Positions 26,549 to 35,139 of a stretch of DNA of 64,000 nucleotides are shown piece after piece. The stretch is taken from contig CAVFDI010000001.1 of NCBI GenBank assembly GCA_963621145.1, positions 79,066 through 143,065 on the forward strand, in the 5' to 3' direction. Source of the stretch: Paludibacteraceae bacterium (GTDB lineage Bacteria; Bacteroidota; Bacteroidia; Bacteroidales; Paludibacteraceae). The notes beneath the pieces are model-generated. The model searched no databases. It was not told the DNA's origin and was given only the letters and a program-made list of their open reading frames with translations. The translations under genes were made by a program, and so were the position numbers. Position 1 is the stretch's first letter. Every line of letters begins with the position of its first letter.

Positions 26549-28609
26549 TCAAAACTTATACTGCACATACACTCTGAAATCGGTTTTGTGGCAACCTGCT
26601 ATTTGGTTAAGACCAGAACCGATTTGCGTGCGGCCGTCGGTGTAGTAGGTCTGAGCCACACGCAGATAGAATTTCAAATCGCGAATTGGCTCGTAGTCGA
26701 TGTTCAAGTACCAACGATTGCCCACGCCATACATCGATGGCGAAAAGCCTGCGCTCGGCACATCGCGCTCGAACAGCGAAAAACGGTTGTCGTAGACTGT
26801 CGCGTCGAAATAGGCGTAGCGTGCGCTCAAGGTCATGTCGATTTTTTTGAAGGTGTAAGCCACATCTTGCGCTATCAGAAAACCATGCGAAGGCCGCTCT
26901 TTTTCAATGCGCACACGATTCCATTCCACCACGCTCTTCAAATCGAACCCCAGCACAGTGTAGTTCATGCAATAGCGCAGCGAGAGTTTGCGACTATCGG
27001 CCAGAAAAGTGGTTGCCTCGTGGCTTAGCGCTGCCGCCTTTGCCTCTTTGTAGCGATAGCGCATGCGCAGATACATCGCCAGGCGACTGTTTTTCATGTA
27101 ATCGACCTGAAGTAGGGTGGCGTAACCTTGCGTTGGGCGTGGCATGCTGTAGGTTACCCACGGTGTTTTGTAGAGATCGGCATATGCCGCAATTTTCCAA
27201 TTTTTGACGGGTTTTATCTCGCTTCCAATGTAGATGCCGTGTTCGTTGCGTGTGGCGGTCTGACCGAATGCATTGGCAAAAAATAGGTCGTAGTTGCGGC
27301 TGTAGTAACGGTGCGAAAGTACAAAATTCACCACCGAGGCTGGCGCAAAAGTCAGTCCGTTGATGGTGGCAACAGCACCGCGCCCCGTTACAGCCGTCTC
27401 GCCAAAAATGCCAAATCCGCGCCACGAAAACAGATAATCGACGCTGGCGGCAAATTGCTTATCTCCTCGGAAATAGAATTGCTGATAAGGCTTCGGGTCG
27501 TAGTCGAGCGGCACGCCCAGCCAAGTCTGCACAGCGGTGGCTCCAATGCGGAAAAATTTGTGCCGATAGCTCACGTTAGCACCCAAAACGTGCATTCCAA
27601 CGGTGCGACGACGCGCATATTCGTTGGGCGTGCGGTGGTAGCCATCTTTTTTGAACGATGAAAATGCTCCTCCGCTAGTGTCGGCGTCCATTTTTCGGTA
27701 CGAATAGAAGGCCGAAACATCGAAATTGCCAAATTGAGCGGTTGCGCCCACGCCTCGCAGAAAATTGTATTCGTCGGTCGACGAGTGGCGCTTCAGGCCG
27801 CGTGTGCGTGCCGAAACATTCGTGGCCATGGCGGTTGCGCCCATGTTCATGTCTTGCCTGATGACGAGTCCTTGACCAAAATTTGCCCGATAATCGCCCA
27901 AGACGATGGTGGAGAATTTCCACAATTTTTTCATCTGAATGAATCCTGAATAGGAATCGAACAATTTTTTGTTGTACGCGCCAACCCACTGTTCGCCAGC
28001 GTCTTTCTCCATGGTCAGTCCCACTTCGAGCTTGTCGCTGCTGCGCAATCGGTATTTCAGCGAAGTGTAGAACGGATCGCCCACGTAGCGCGCATTCGGA
28101 TTGGCGGCCAATTCCTCATCGGAAATGGAAGTGTAGCCTTTTCGGCGTTCGAAAGTGCCATCGAAACGCAGCGTGAATTCGTGTTTGCTCTCTTTCAAAA
28201 TGTCGCGCAAGTGCCATTCTGTTTCGGCATCGGGCGGCTCCACGCGCACAAATGGCAACAACATCTGAATGGTGAAAATGTCGAGTCCTTCGACCAACTG
28301 CAGTTCGTAGATGGTTTGCATGCGACCAGCTTTGTAGATGTAGTACATCAAATTTTCAATCTGAATGTCGCTCAAAAAACGCAACTGCGCCAAGTCGTCG
28401 GGCGTGGCGGTGTTCAGATTGATGGGCGAAAGATAGATGGCTTCGAGGTCGTCGTACAAATCGCCGTAGTCAATTTCGCCATCTTCGGCATCCTCCATCA
28501 GAAAATCGTAGATGCGCTCTATCACGCGGTCGATAGCTACCTCGTCTTGCGCTGCTGCCGAGCCAACAGTGAGCAACGCCGCCAACGCTATGGTTGCGAG
28601 GCGTTTCAT
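26549..28609 (-). CDS. outer-membrane beta-barrel protein with an N-terminal ComEA-like tandem helix-hairpin-helix module
   Basis: ORF trimmed to MKRLATIALAALLTVGSAAAQ (ATG 28609). INLNTATPDDLAQLRFLSDIQIENLMYYI...IYELQLVEGLDIFTIQMLLPFV gives two HhH motifs. About 560 aa of barrel-like sequence follow, ending ...DFRVYVQYKF. Confidence 0.75.
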   Translation of the reverse strand: MKRLATIALAALLTVGSAAAQDEVAIDRVIERIYDFLMEDAEDGEIDYGDLYDDLEAIYLSPINLNTATPDDLAQLRFLSDIQIENLMYYIYKAGRMQTIYELQLVEGLDIFTIQMLLPFVRVEPPDAETEWHLRDILKESKHEFTLRFDGTFERRKGYTSISDEELAANPNARYVGDPFYTSLKYRLRSSDKLEVGLTMEKDAGEQWVGAYNKKLFDSYSGFIQMKKLWKFSTIVLGDYRANFGQGLVIRQDMNMGATAMATNVSARTRGLKRHSSTDEYNFLRGVGATAQFGNFDVSAFYSYRKMDADTSGGAFSSFKKDGYHRTPNEYARRRTVGMHVLGANVSYRHKFFRIGATAVQTWLGVPLDYDPKPYQQFYFRGDKQFAASVDYLFSWRGFGIFGETAVTGRGAVATINGLTFAPASVVNFVLSHRYYSRNYDLFFANAFGQTATRNEHGIYIGSEIKPVKNWKIAAYADLYKTPWVTYSMPRPTQGYATLLQVDYMKNSRLAMYLRMRYRYKEAKAAALSHEATTFLADSRKLSLRYCMNYTVLGFDLKSVVEWNRVRIEKERPSHGFLIAQDVAYTFKKIDMTLSARYAYFDATVYDNRFSLFERDVPSAGFSPSMYGVGNRWYLNIDYEPIRDLKFYLRVAQTYYTDGRTQIGSGLNQIAGCHKTDFRVYVQYKF

Positions 28610-29445
28610 CGGCCAAAACGGTATTGAAGTGCGCCGAGCATGGTCACGCCCAGCGGATTGCGGTATTCGCAGTGCAGATGAAAACGGAAGCCGCCCCAGC
28701 CGCAGCCCACGCCAAGGGTTGGCACCACATAGTCGCTGCCGTAGCAACCAATGCGCACGTCGAACACGTCGAATGGTGCGTATTCAAAGCCTGTGGCCCA
28801 CCGCAGCGGCGAATGTACCTCTTTGTCTATTTGCACCAGCCACGCCACTTTCTCGTGAATTTTGTAGTTCGTTCCCAGACTGAAAACCGATGGCAGGCGT
28901 TTTTCGGTGAGGTCGCTTTTTATTTTCGAAAAGATGGGGTTGAACGCACTAAAACCGATGGTGAGCGATGGAATCACTTGTACCTGAAAACCCACTTGCA
29001 CGGTGGCTGTGCTGCGGTAGCGTTCTGTCGGCGAAAGGTAAACTGCGTAGTAGTCGCACTCCACGCCAAGGTGGAAAATTTCGCCAAAAGTGCGTGCAAA
29101 GGTTACGGCTGCCAGCATTTCGTTGTATTCGGCATAGCCAAAATACGAAAATTGTGCGCCAATGTTGATGTATTTCGTTGGAATGGCCACGCTTGCTGCG
29201 GCATTCGATAGTTCGGCTGTGATGTAGCGATTTTCGTAGAGTAGCGAAACGGCATATTGCTTTTCGCAAGCCAATGCAGCTGGATTTTGGAACGGTTGCC
29301 ACTCGGCTGTGTAGGCCACCGAGGCATTGCCTGCCGTGTACGAACTTGGTACGATGGTGGCTATTTGCGCCTGCATTGTGCCGCTTGTGCAGGTTGCAAA
29401 AACGAGCAGTACGATGTTTGCAAATTGTCTTACGGAGCGATGCAT
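28606..29445 (-). CDS. PorV/PorQ- or PorP/SprF-like outer-membrane beta-barrel
   Basis: Signal peptide ...ATCTSGTMQAQ. The AGNASVAYTAEWQPFQNPAALA motif resembles the G-x-A...NPAgLA signature of T9SS barrel families. Ends in LGALQYRFGR. Its stop overlaps the next ATG (ATGA at 28606..28609). Confidence 0.5.
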   Translation of the reverse strand: MHRSVRQFANIVLLVFATCTSGTMQAQIATIVPSSYTAGNASVAYTAEWQPFQNPAALACEKQYAVSLLYENRYITAELSNAAASVAIPTKYINIGAQFSYFGYAEYNEMLAAVTFARTFGEIFHLGVECDYYAVYLSPTERYRSTATVQVGFQVQVIPSLTIGFSAFNPIFSKIKSDLTEKRLPSVFSLGTNYKIHEKVAWLVQIDKEVHSPLRWATGFEYAPFDVFDVRIGCYGSDYVVPTLGVGCGWGGFRFHLHCEYRNPLGVTMLGALQYRFGR

Positions 29446-29473
29446 TTTTGGCAGTTGATAGGTTAGTTGCCGT

Positions 29474-29481
29474 CAAAAATA
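29474..29481 (-). promoter_or_regulatory. -7 box (TATTTTTG on minus strand)
   Basis: Plus-strand caaaaata, 29 nt upstream of ATG 29445. Confidence 0.5.
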
Positions 29482-29781
29482 GGCAAAAACTGTTTAATTT
29501 GCAAATTTTCGCTCCAAAAAATTGTTCATAGGCTCAAAACGATGTACGAAAACAGTCGAAAATGCCGATGAGTAGGGTGTTTGTTACGATTTGGAAAAAT
29601 GGCGATTGTGGACTGATTTTGAAGATTTTTGGTGAATTTTGTCAGGATTTTTGCGTTTTTCGTCGAGAAAATAGCGCCATTTTTGCGTAAAAATCAGAAA
29701 AATGCGTGCAAAGATGAAAAAACTGGGAATGATTTTCGGTGAAAATGGTAAGTCTTATACTTCAATTTTTGCAGTGCCCCG

Positions 29782-29805
29782 TCTTTACTCCTTACTCCTT
29801 ACTCA
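29782..29805 (-). repeat. heptad tract (GGAGTAA)n overlapping the HD-gene stop
   Basis: The sense strand reads TAA GGAGTAA GGAGTAA AGACGG. Confidence 0.8.
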
Positions 29806-30341
29806 AATTTCTCTACCCATTCGTCGAAGCGTTCTACCGACGAATCGCCGAAACGGGCAAGTTTTTCGCGGGCTTGGTCGATGGTTAGCTCTTGGTCGAG
29901 GTGCGATTTGGAATAGAATTTATCGGCATAGCAAATCAGCTGCTCTTCGAGGCTAATAGGGCGCATATCGCGGTGCGGCAGCGGCAGGTCTTGCTCCAAA
30001 ATCTGCTCGAGCGAAATGCCCGTGCCAGTGTGACGCTCGCACACAAGAGCGTGGCGCGGCAGACCTTCGCGACGCATCAATTCGGCACCAAGGTAACCAT
30101 GCTCGATGTAGCGATGAGATCCCACGCAGAAAATTTTTGGCGCTTCGGTCATAAAAATGCCAATGTCGTGCAGCATGGCGGCTTCGGCCACAAAATCGGT
30201 GTCGATACCGAGTTCGGGGTGGCGGCTGGCCAACAGCAACGCCTTGTTGCAAACCGACTGACTGTGCTTCACAAGCGTGTCGTAGAGCGGCGTGCCTGGC
30301 AGATAATAGTGCGTGATTATGTCGAATACGTCAACTTTCAT
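29799..30341 (-). CDS. HD-domain phosphohydrolase
   Basis: H...HD motif (AAMLHDIGIF), 180 aa. Starts 27 nt after the upstream nuclease stop. Confidence 0.85.
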   Translation of the reverse strand: MKVDVFDIITHYYLPGTPLYDTLVKHSQSVCNKALLLASRHPELGIDTDFVAEAAMLHDIGIFMTEAPKIFCVGSHRYIEHGYLGAELMRREGLPRHALVCERHTGTGISLEQILEQDLPLPHRDMRPISLEEQLICYADKFYSKSHLDQELTIDQAREKLARFGDSSVERFDEWVEKFE

Positions 30342-30368
30342 AAACTCTGATTTTTCTGACGTGAATGA

Positions 30369-32291
30369 TTATTTCATCACTATTTTTTGAGTGATTGTTT
30401 TGCCGCTTTCGTTTTTCAATTGCAAAATAACAATGCCCGATGCCCCAAAATTGGCAGTGCTGAGTGTGGCGCTATCGTCGCTGATTTCTATCGAGTAGAG
30501 TGTGCGTCCGAGCATGTCGTAAACCGTGGCGGTGAAGCCTTGAGCGCGCTCTATGCGCACCAATCCATCGTGCGAAATGGTCTGCACAAATGGCGCGTCG
30601 TCGTTGCTGATATTTGGCACGGGCGTGTCGTCGTGGTAAGTGCCGAGGCTCAAACCCACAACCACCGCATCGTGGTCTGAATAGCGATACATCAACTCGT
30701 CGGTGTCGCTCTCGTAGCCAAAAATTGTCGGCTCATCGGCACTGAAATGAGCCACTCTGGCACCGGTAACTTGCGCCGTCATAGTGCTGTTGCCCAGCGC
30801 GTGGTCGAGCAGCCCGAAACGTCCGTTGTAGACATACGAATAGGCGTTTGCATCGTATTTTCTGAGCAGATTCCGGTAGCCTGCGCTCACAAATTTCTGT
30901 ACAGGATCTTCCATCGAATGGGCATTCATATCGCCCATTATCAGCACATCAGGGTCGAGGGTTTGCGCTGCACATTTATTGATAATCGATTCCGCCTCGG
31001 CCACGCGTGTGGCGTTGTAAGCACCCTGACCATCGTTCTGGTCTTGGTCGCTGCCCGAAGCCGACGACGAACCGCTTTTCGACTTTAAGTGATTGAGCGA
31101 CAGCACAAAAGCCTCTCCATTTTCGTTCAGTTTGAAAGCCTGAATCACCTTTCGATAATAGGTTTTCAGATTGTTCATTTGCAGACTGCCGAGCGGCGTC
31201 ACGCGGTCGTTGCGGTAGATGATGGCGCTTTTGGTGTACGACGAATAGACCGATGTTCCATCGTTGATGTACGAATAGATTTGACTGCCAGCGGCTTCGT
31301 TCATTGCGTTGCAAAGGTAGGCAATGGCGTCTTGCCCCTGTTGCATTTCGAGCAATCCGTAGATGTCGGCATCGATGGCGCGCAGGGCTTTCACTATTTT
31401 GGCGTGCTGACGATTGGCAAGCGTCTCGTTAGCGGCTCCATAGCCTGTGCCAAAATCGCTTCGCAAATAGTATTGAAGATTGGCAGCGCATACCACCAGA
31501 TTGCATTCGCCAAGGTCGGGGCGCGCGGCCGGACGCTCGTTGCTGTGCCATGCTGGCGTGGTAGCGGTCTGCAGACGGTGACTATTTCCGCTCGACGAAA
31601 CCACCGTTGCTACCAAATCATCAACCTGATAACCCGTTCGTAGCGTGCCGTTGGCATCGGCAAAAGGCCTGTTTTGCGATGTGGCTGGCGCAAGAATCAG
31701 ATAGTTGCGGCTGTTCTCATTCACCACGGTTTGATATTCGCTGCTGCTGGGCAATGCCACCTCGGTGGGCGTCATCAGCAGACCATTCGACAGCGTGATG
31801 GTGCTGTTTGTGCCGCTGTTCCAATAGCGGTTGTTGGTTACGGTGAGCGTGTTGGCAAATTGCACCGACATGCCCACATAGTTGCTGCCTTTGCCATCTG
31901 CAAAATCATCTGGAAAAGTTACTTTTGTAGTATTAACTTGTTGATGTTCAGCGGTTTTTTCTATGCTTGAAACATTGTGCAGTGTGTCGTCGGAGCAAAA
32001 AGCCGTCAGAGTTATGCCGTTGCCGAGGCGGATATTGGCAGTGTCGGTCAATACAAAAATGGCATCACGCGTCGAGTCGTCGCCATCGCCCGTGGCATCT
32101 TGAATGAAAAATCCATCGCCCAAAATGGCAGTTACCACGCCCGATGTTTTCACTTCGTTTGCAGCGATTTTGGTGGTTGATTTTGCCGTTTTTCGTTGAT
32201 TGCATGGCAATTCGTAGATGCGCATGGCGGTCTGCGCTGTGGCAAAAATAGCTATGGTTAGCGCAAAAATGAGCGAGTAGGTGCGTTTCAT
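30369..32291 (-). CDS. extracellular endonuclease/exonuclease/phosphatase-fold nuclease (ExeM/NucH-like) with a T9SS C-terminal sorting domain
   Basis: ORF trimmed to MKRTYSLIFALTIAIFATAQ (ATG 32291). Has a GDGFFIQDATGDGDDSTRDAIFV OB-like region, the EEP motif YSDHDAVVVGLSL, and a C-terminus TVYDMLGRTLYSIE...GIVILQLKNESGKTITQKIVMK. Confidence 0.75.
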   Translation of the reverse strand: MKRTYSLIFALTIAIFATAQTAMRIYELPCNQRKTAKSTTKIAANEVKTSGVVTAILGDGFFIQDATGDGDDSTRDAIFVLTDTANIRLGNGITLTAFCSDDTLHNVSSIEKTAEHQQVNTTKVTFPDDFADGKGSNYVGMSVQFANTLTVTNNRYWNSGTNSTITLSNGLLMTPTEVALPSSSEYQTVVNENSRNYLILAPATSQNRPFADANGTLRTGYQVDDLVATVVSSSGNSHRLQTATTPAWHSNERPAARPDLGECNLVVCAANLQYYLRSDFGTGYGAANETLANRQHAKIVKALRAIDADIYGLLEMQQGQDAIAYLCNAMNEAAGSQIYSYINDGTSVYSSYTKSAIIYRNDRVTPLGSLQMNNLKTYYRKVIQAFKLNENGEAFVLSLNHLKSKSGSSSASGSDQDQNDGQGAYNATRVAEAESIINKCAAQTLDPDVLIMGDMNAHSMEDPVQKFVSAGYRNLLRKYDANAYSYVYNGRFGLLDHALGNSTMTAQVTGARVAHFSADEPTIFGYESDTDELMYRYSDHDAVVVGLSLGTYHDDTPVPNISNDDAPFVQTISHDGLVRIERAQGFTATVYDMLGRTLYSIEISDDSATLSTANFGASGIVILQLKNESGKTITQKIVMK

Positions 32292-32362
32292 TGCTGATTT
32301 GATTTTCAAACCTGCAAATTTACTCACATTTGACCGATTTTGCAAATTTGCTGAAAAAGTAC

Positions 32363-32370
32363 TACTTTTG
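32363..32370 (+). promoter_or_regulatory. -7 box TACTTTTG for smpB
   Basis: Consensus TAnnTTTG that ends 5 nt before ATG 32376. Confidence 0.55.
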
Positions 32371-32375
32371 CACTC

Positions 32376-32837
32376 TTGATGAAAACGAAAGTCGACATAA
32401 AAAATCGTCGCGCCTCGTTCGACTACGAGTTGCTCGATCGCTACACGGCTGGCATTGTGCTTTGCGGAACAGAGATTAAGTCCATTCGCGAGGGGCATGC
32501 CGCTCTTACCGACGCCTTTTGCACTTTTACCGATGGCGAGTTGTGGGTTCGCAACATGCATATCAGCGAATATCGGCTTGGCACTTGCTACAACCACGAT
32601 GCGCAGCGGGTGCGTAAATTGCTACTCACACGGCGCGAACTGCGCAAATTGCAGCGAGCAGTGAAAGAGAGCGGACTCACCATTGTGCCGACTTCGCTCT
32701 ACATCAACGAAAAGGGCTTGGCGAAACTTAATATTGCTCTTGCGCGAGGCAAAAAAAACTACGACAAGCGCGATTCCCTGCGCGAAAAAGCCGACCGCCG
32801 CGAGATGGACAGAGTTCGTAAAGTGAAAAGTTTGTAA
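32376..32837 (+). CDS. smpB: SsrA-binding protein
   Basis: [32 protein letters not shown]...[11 protein letters not shown]...[28 protein letters not shown]. Confidence 0.95.
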   Translation: MMKTKVDIKNRRASFDYELLDRYTAGIVLCGTEIKSIREGHAALTDAFCTFTDGELWVRNMHISEYRLGTCYNHDAQRVRKLLLTRRELRKLQRAVKESGLTIVPTSLYINEKGLAKLNIALARGKKNYDKRDSLREKADRREMDRVRKVKSL

Positions 32838-32947
32838 AATCGACGATTGCGAAAGAATTAGAATGATGCGTTTGCAGATTTTCTGGAGCAAAAAATCTTG
32901 CGCGTCACTTTTTTCTTGAAAAATTTTGTCAATTCGACAAAAAACAC

Positions 32948-32955
32948 TACTTTTG
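32948..32955 (+). promoter_or_regulatory. -7 box TACTTTTG for tRNA-Thr
   Basis: Consensus box 14 nt upstream of tRNA position 1. Confidence 0.6.
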
Positions 32956-32969
32956 CAGCCGAAAAAATT

Positions 32970-33042
<73 letters not shown>

Positions 33043-33050
33043 CACAAAAC

Positions 33051-33091
33051 AAGCGCAGTACCTCGTTGGGGGGCTGCGCTTGATGTTTTTT
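33051..33091 (+). terminator. rho-independent terminator after tRNA-Thr
   Basis: aagcgcag / ctgcgctt 8-bp stem followed by a TTTTTT run. Confidence 0.7.
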
Positions 33092-33104
33092 GTCGATAAA
33101 ATCG

Positions 33105-33112
33105 TATCTTTG
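33105..33112 (+). promoter_or_regulatory. -7 box TATCTTTG
   Basis: Consensus box 16 nt upstream of ATG 33128. Confidence 0.5.
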
Positions 33113-33127
33113 CAACAATAAATATCC

Positions 33128-33628
33128 ATGCTCACGCCCTACACCTCCACCATCGACCAAGAGACGCTTCGCGAACGATACATCGCTGAGGCTGCTGAAT
33201 TTTATCGACAAAAGATGTAAAGCATTATTGGCGGCGATTCGAGTCGGCGGCTCGAACTGCGCGGCTACATTCCCGATGGCGTGGGTGGCACGCGCGTAGA
33301 ATTGCCCGCCACGCTGATGTACCGCATCGATACGCTGCATAGCAACGATGGCCATCGCCTGTACGAGTTTCTTATCGAGTGCGACATCGACACGCCAAGC
33401 ACTGGCATCTACTACGGCTGCCGCGGCGTAACAGTCGATGGTTTCGACCACACGCGCGAGATTGAGCAATATCGCAAGGATCGCGAAATCATTCTCCCCG
33501 AAATCTGCCAAATACTCAACAACACCTTTCCGCTGAAGGATTCCTCGCACCGATTCAAACTGACCGACAATGCGCAAGACGGCACTTATTGGCTGTCATG
33601 TAATGTTTGGGGATTGAGTAAGGAGTAA
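33128..33628 (+). pseudogene. hypothetical gene interrupted by an in-frame TAA (33218..33220); alternatively a shorter CDS from GTG 33281
   Basis: ATG 33128 gives MLTPYTSTIDQETLRERYIAEAAEFYRQKM*. The same frame continues SIIGGDSSRRLELRGYIPDGVGGTRVELPATLMYRIDTLH... to 33628. I checked the frame codon by codon. Confidence 0.4.
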
Positions 33629-33664
33629 AGAATAAGGATAAAGGACAAAAGACGGAGGACTGGG
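33616..33664 (+). repeat. heptad tract of seven GA-initiated 7-mers
   Basis: GAGTAAG GAGTAAA GAATAAG GATAAAG GACAAAA GACGGAG GACTGGG, with GA at 33616, 23, 30, 37, 44, 51 and 58. It spans the ORF stop at 33626..33628. Confidence 0.85.
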
Positions 33665-33707
33665 CGCTGCAATTGGTCATGATTGTTGCTTTGTCATAGT
33701 CAATTGC

Positions 33708-33756
33708 CAAAGCTCACCATCGTAATGGAAAGAAGTTTACTATCGTAGTGGAAACT
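33708..33756 (+). repeat. 49-bp direct repeat, copy 1
   Basis: caaagCtcaccatcgtaatggaaagaagtttactatcgtagtggaaact. Contains the internal half-sites ATCGTAATGGAAA and ATCGTAGTGGAAA, 23 nt apart. Confidence 0.9.
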
Positions 33757-33781
33757 ATTTGTGTAATTCAAAATAAGTGTG

Positions 33782-33789
33782 TATCTTTG
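33782..33789 (+). promoter_or_regulatory. -7 box TATCTTTG for the ATPase gene
   Basis: Consensus box 26 nt upstream of ATG 33815. Confidence 0.55.
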
Positions 33790-33814
33790 CCGGCGAAATA
33801 AATTTCAATTCGCT

Positions 33815-35041
33815 ATGATACTGCAAAACGTCATCGAACAAGTATCCAAAAAACAGTGGCAACAGTTGTCGAAACGCCGTGTGTATAATCGTCGACTGCT
33901 CGAAAAAATACATTTTCCAATCACTGACTTTGTGATTGTGATATCGGGAGTTCGTCGCTGTGGCAAAAGCACGCTAATGGCGCAAATTGCTGCTCAAAAT
34001 TCAGATCAGGCCTTGTTCTACCTCAATTTTGATACGCCGCAACTCTATGGTTTTAGCATGGATGATTACCAGCGCATCGATGAGATATTACGTGGCTATG
34101 CCGAACAACCTTTGCTATTTTTCGACGAAGTGCAAGTGGTGGAAGGTTGGGAACTTTATGTGCGCGGCAAACTCGACGAGGGCTATCAAGTGGTAGTGAG
34201 TGGTAGCAATGCCGCTATGTTAAGTCGCGAGCTTGGCACACGGCTCACTGGGCGGCATTTGTCGTACGAACTTTTCCCATTCTCGTTTAGCGAATTTTGT
34301 GGCTTTTTGCGCTGTCCTACCGACTACAAGTCGCAACTTGCCTACATGGAACGTGGCGGATTTCCGCTCTATTTGCAACTGCACGATACCGATATTCTCA
34401 ACAATCTGCTTTCGGATATTCTTTATCGCGATGTAGCCACACGTTATGCCATACGCGACTACGACAAGTTAAAAGAACTTGCCATGTTGCTGTTGAATAA
34501 CGTTGGAAATTTGGTAACTGCAAATAAACTGCGCCAAGCACTGGGAATAAATAGCTCGACTACTGTAAGCGAGTATTTTTCGCACCTTCGACAGAGCTAT
34601 TTGTTCGATTTTGTGCCGATTTATTCATCGTCGGACAAGGTGCGTATTGTAAATCCGCGCAAGATCTATTGCATAGATACGGGATTGGTTAGCGTTTGTA
34701 GCACTGCCATGTCGAATAATGTTGGCCATCGTCTAGAAAATATGGTTTACTGCGAATTACGACGAAAGTATAGCGAACTCTACTATTTTAGTAAAAATGG
34801 TCATGAGTGCGATTTTGTTGCGATGGAAAAAGGCAAATGTGCCCAATTGGTGCAGGTTTGTGCTGATTTTAATCCTGATACTTACCAGCGCGAGGTGCAG
34901 GGTCTGTTAGCTGCCATGACTGCCATCGACGTTCAGCAAGGAACTATCGTTACTATGCGCCAGTACGACAGATTGCTCGAGGGTAAGAATCGCATCGATA
35001 TTTTGCCTTTCTACCGCTGGGCAAGCGAGAATGATTTTTAA
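33815..35041 (+). CDS. AAA+ ATPase of the AAA_14/DUF4143 type (COG1373-like)
   Basis: ORF trimmed to MILQNVIEQV. Has Walker A GVRRCGKST, Walker B LLFFDEVQ and a C-terminal DUF4143-like region. Confidence 0.85.
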   Translation: MILQNVIEQVSKKQWQQLSKRRVYNRRLLEKIHFPITDFVIVISGVRRCGKSTLMAQIAAQNSDQALFYLNFDTPQLYGFSMDDYQRIDEILRGYAEQPLLFFDEVQVVEGWELYVRGKLDEGYQVVVSGSNAAMLSRELGTRLTGRHLSYELFPFSFSEFCGFLRCPTDYKSQLAYMERGGFPLYLQLHDTDILNNLLSDILYRDVATRYAIRDYDKLKELAMLLLNNVGNLVTANKLRQALGINSSTTVSEYFSHLRQSYLFDFVPIYSSSDKVRIVNPRKIYCIDTGLVSVCSTAMSNNVGHRLENMVYCELRRKYSELYYFSKNGHECDFVAMEKGKCAQLVQVCADFNPDTYQREVQGLLAAMTAIDVQQGTIVTMRQYDRLLEGKNRIDILPFYRWASENDF

Positions 35042-35076
35042 GGACATGGTTTAAAACACTGACGATTTTTTACAGT

Positions 35077-35125
35077 CAAAGTTCACCATCGTAATGGAAA
35101 GAAGTTTACTATCGTAGTGGAAACT
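35077..35125 (+). repeat. 49-bp direct repeat, copy 2 (48/49 identical to copy 1)
   Basis: caaagTtcaccatcgtaatggaaagaagtttactatcgtagtggaaact. It lies 1,369 bp from copy 1. Confidence 0.9.
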
Positions 35126-35139
35126 CTAATTGATTAAAA

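Noticed and set aside
28610-28747. N-terminal extensions offered by the ORF track (also 2485..2628, 32292..32597, 33779..33814, 37094..37150, 43186..43239, 53528..53596, 60526..60582, 61631..61684).
   Set aside because: Internal ATGs give canonical N-termini (signal peptides or conserved starts). The extensions cross -7 promoter boxes, heptad tracts or neighbouring genes.
29702-29956. 84-aa plus-strand ORF in the HD-gene 3' region.
   Set aside because: It overlaps the HD gene antisense and crosses the heptad tract. It has no promoter box or motifs.
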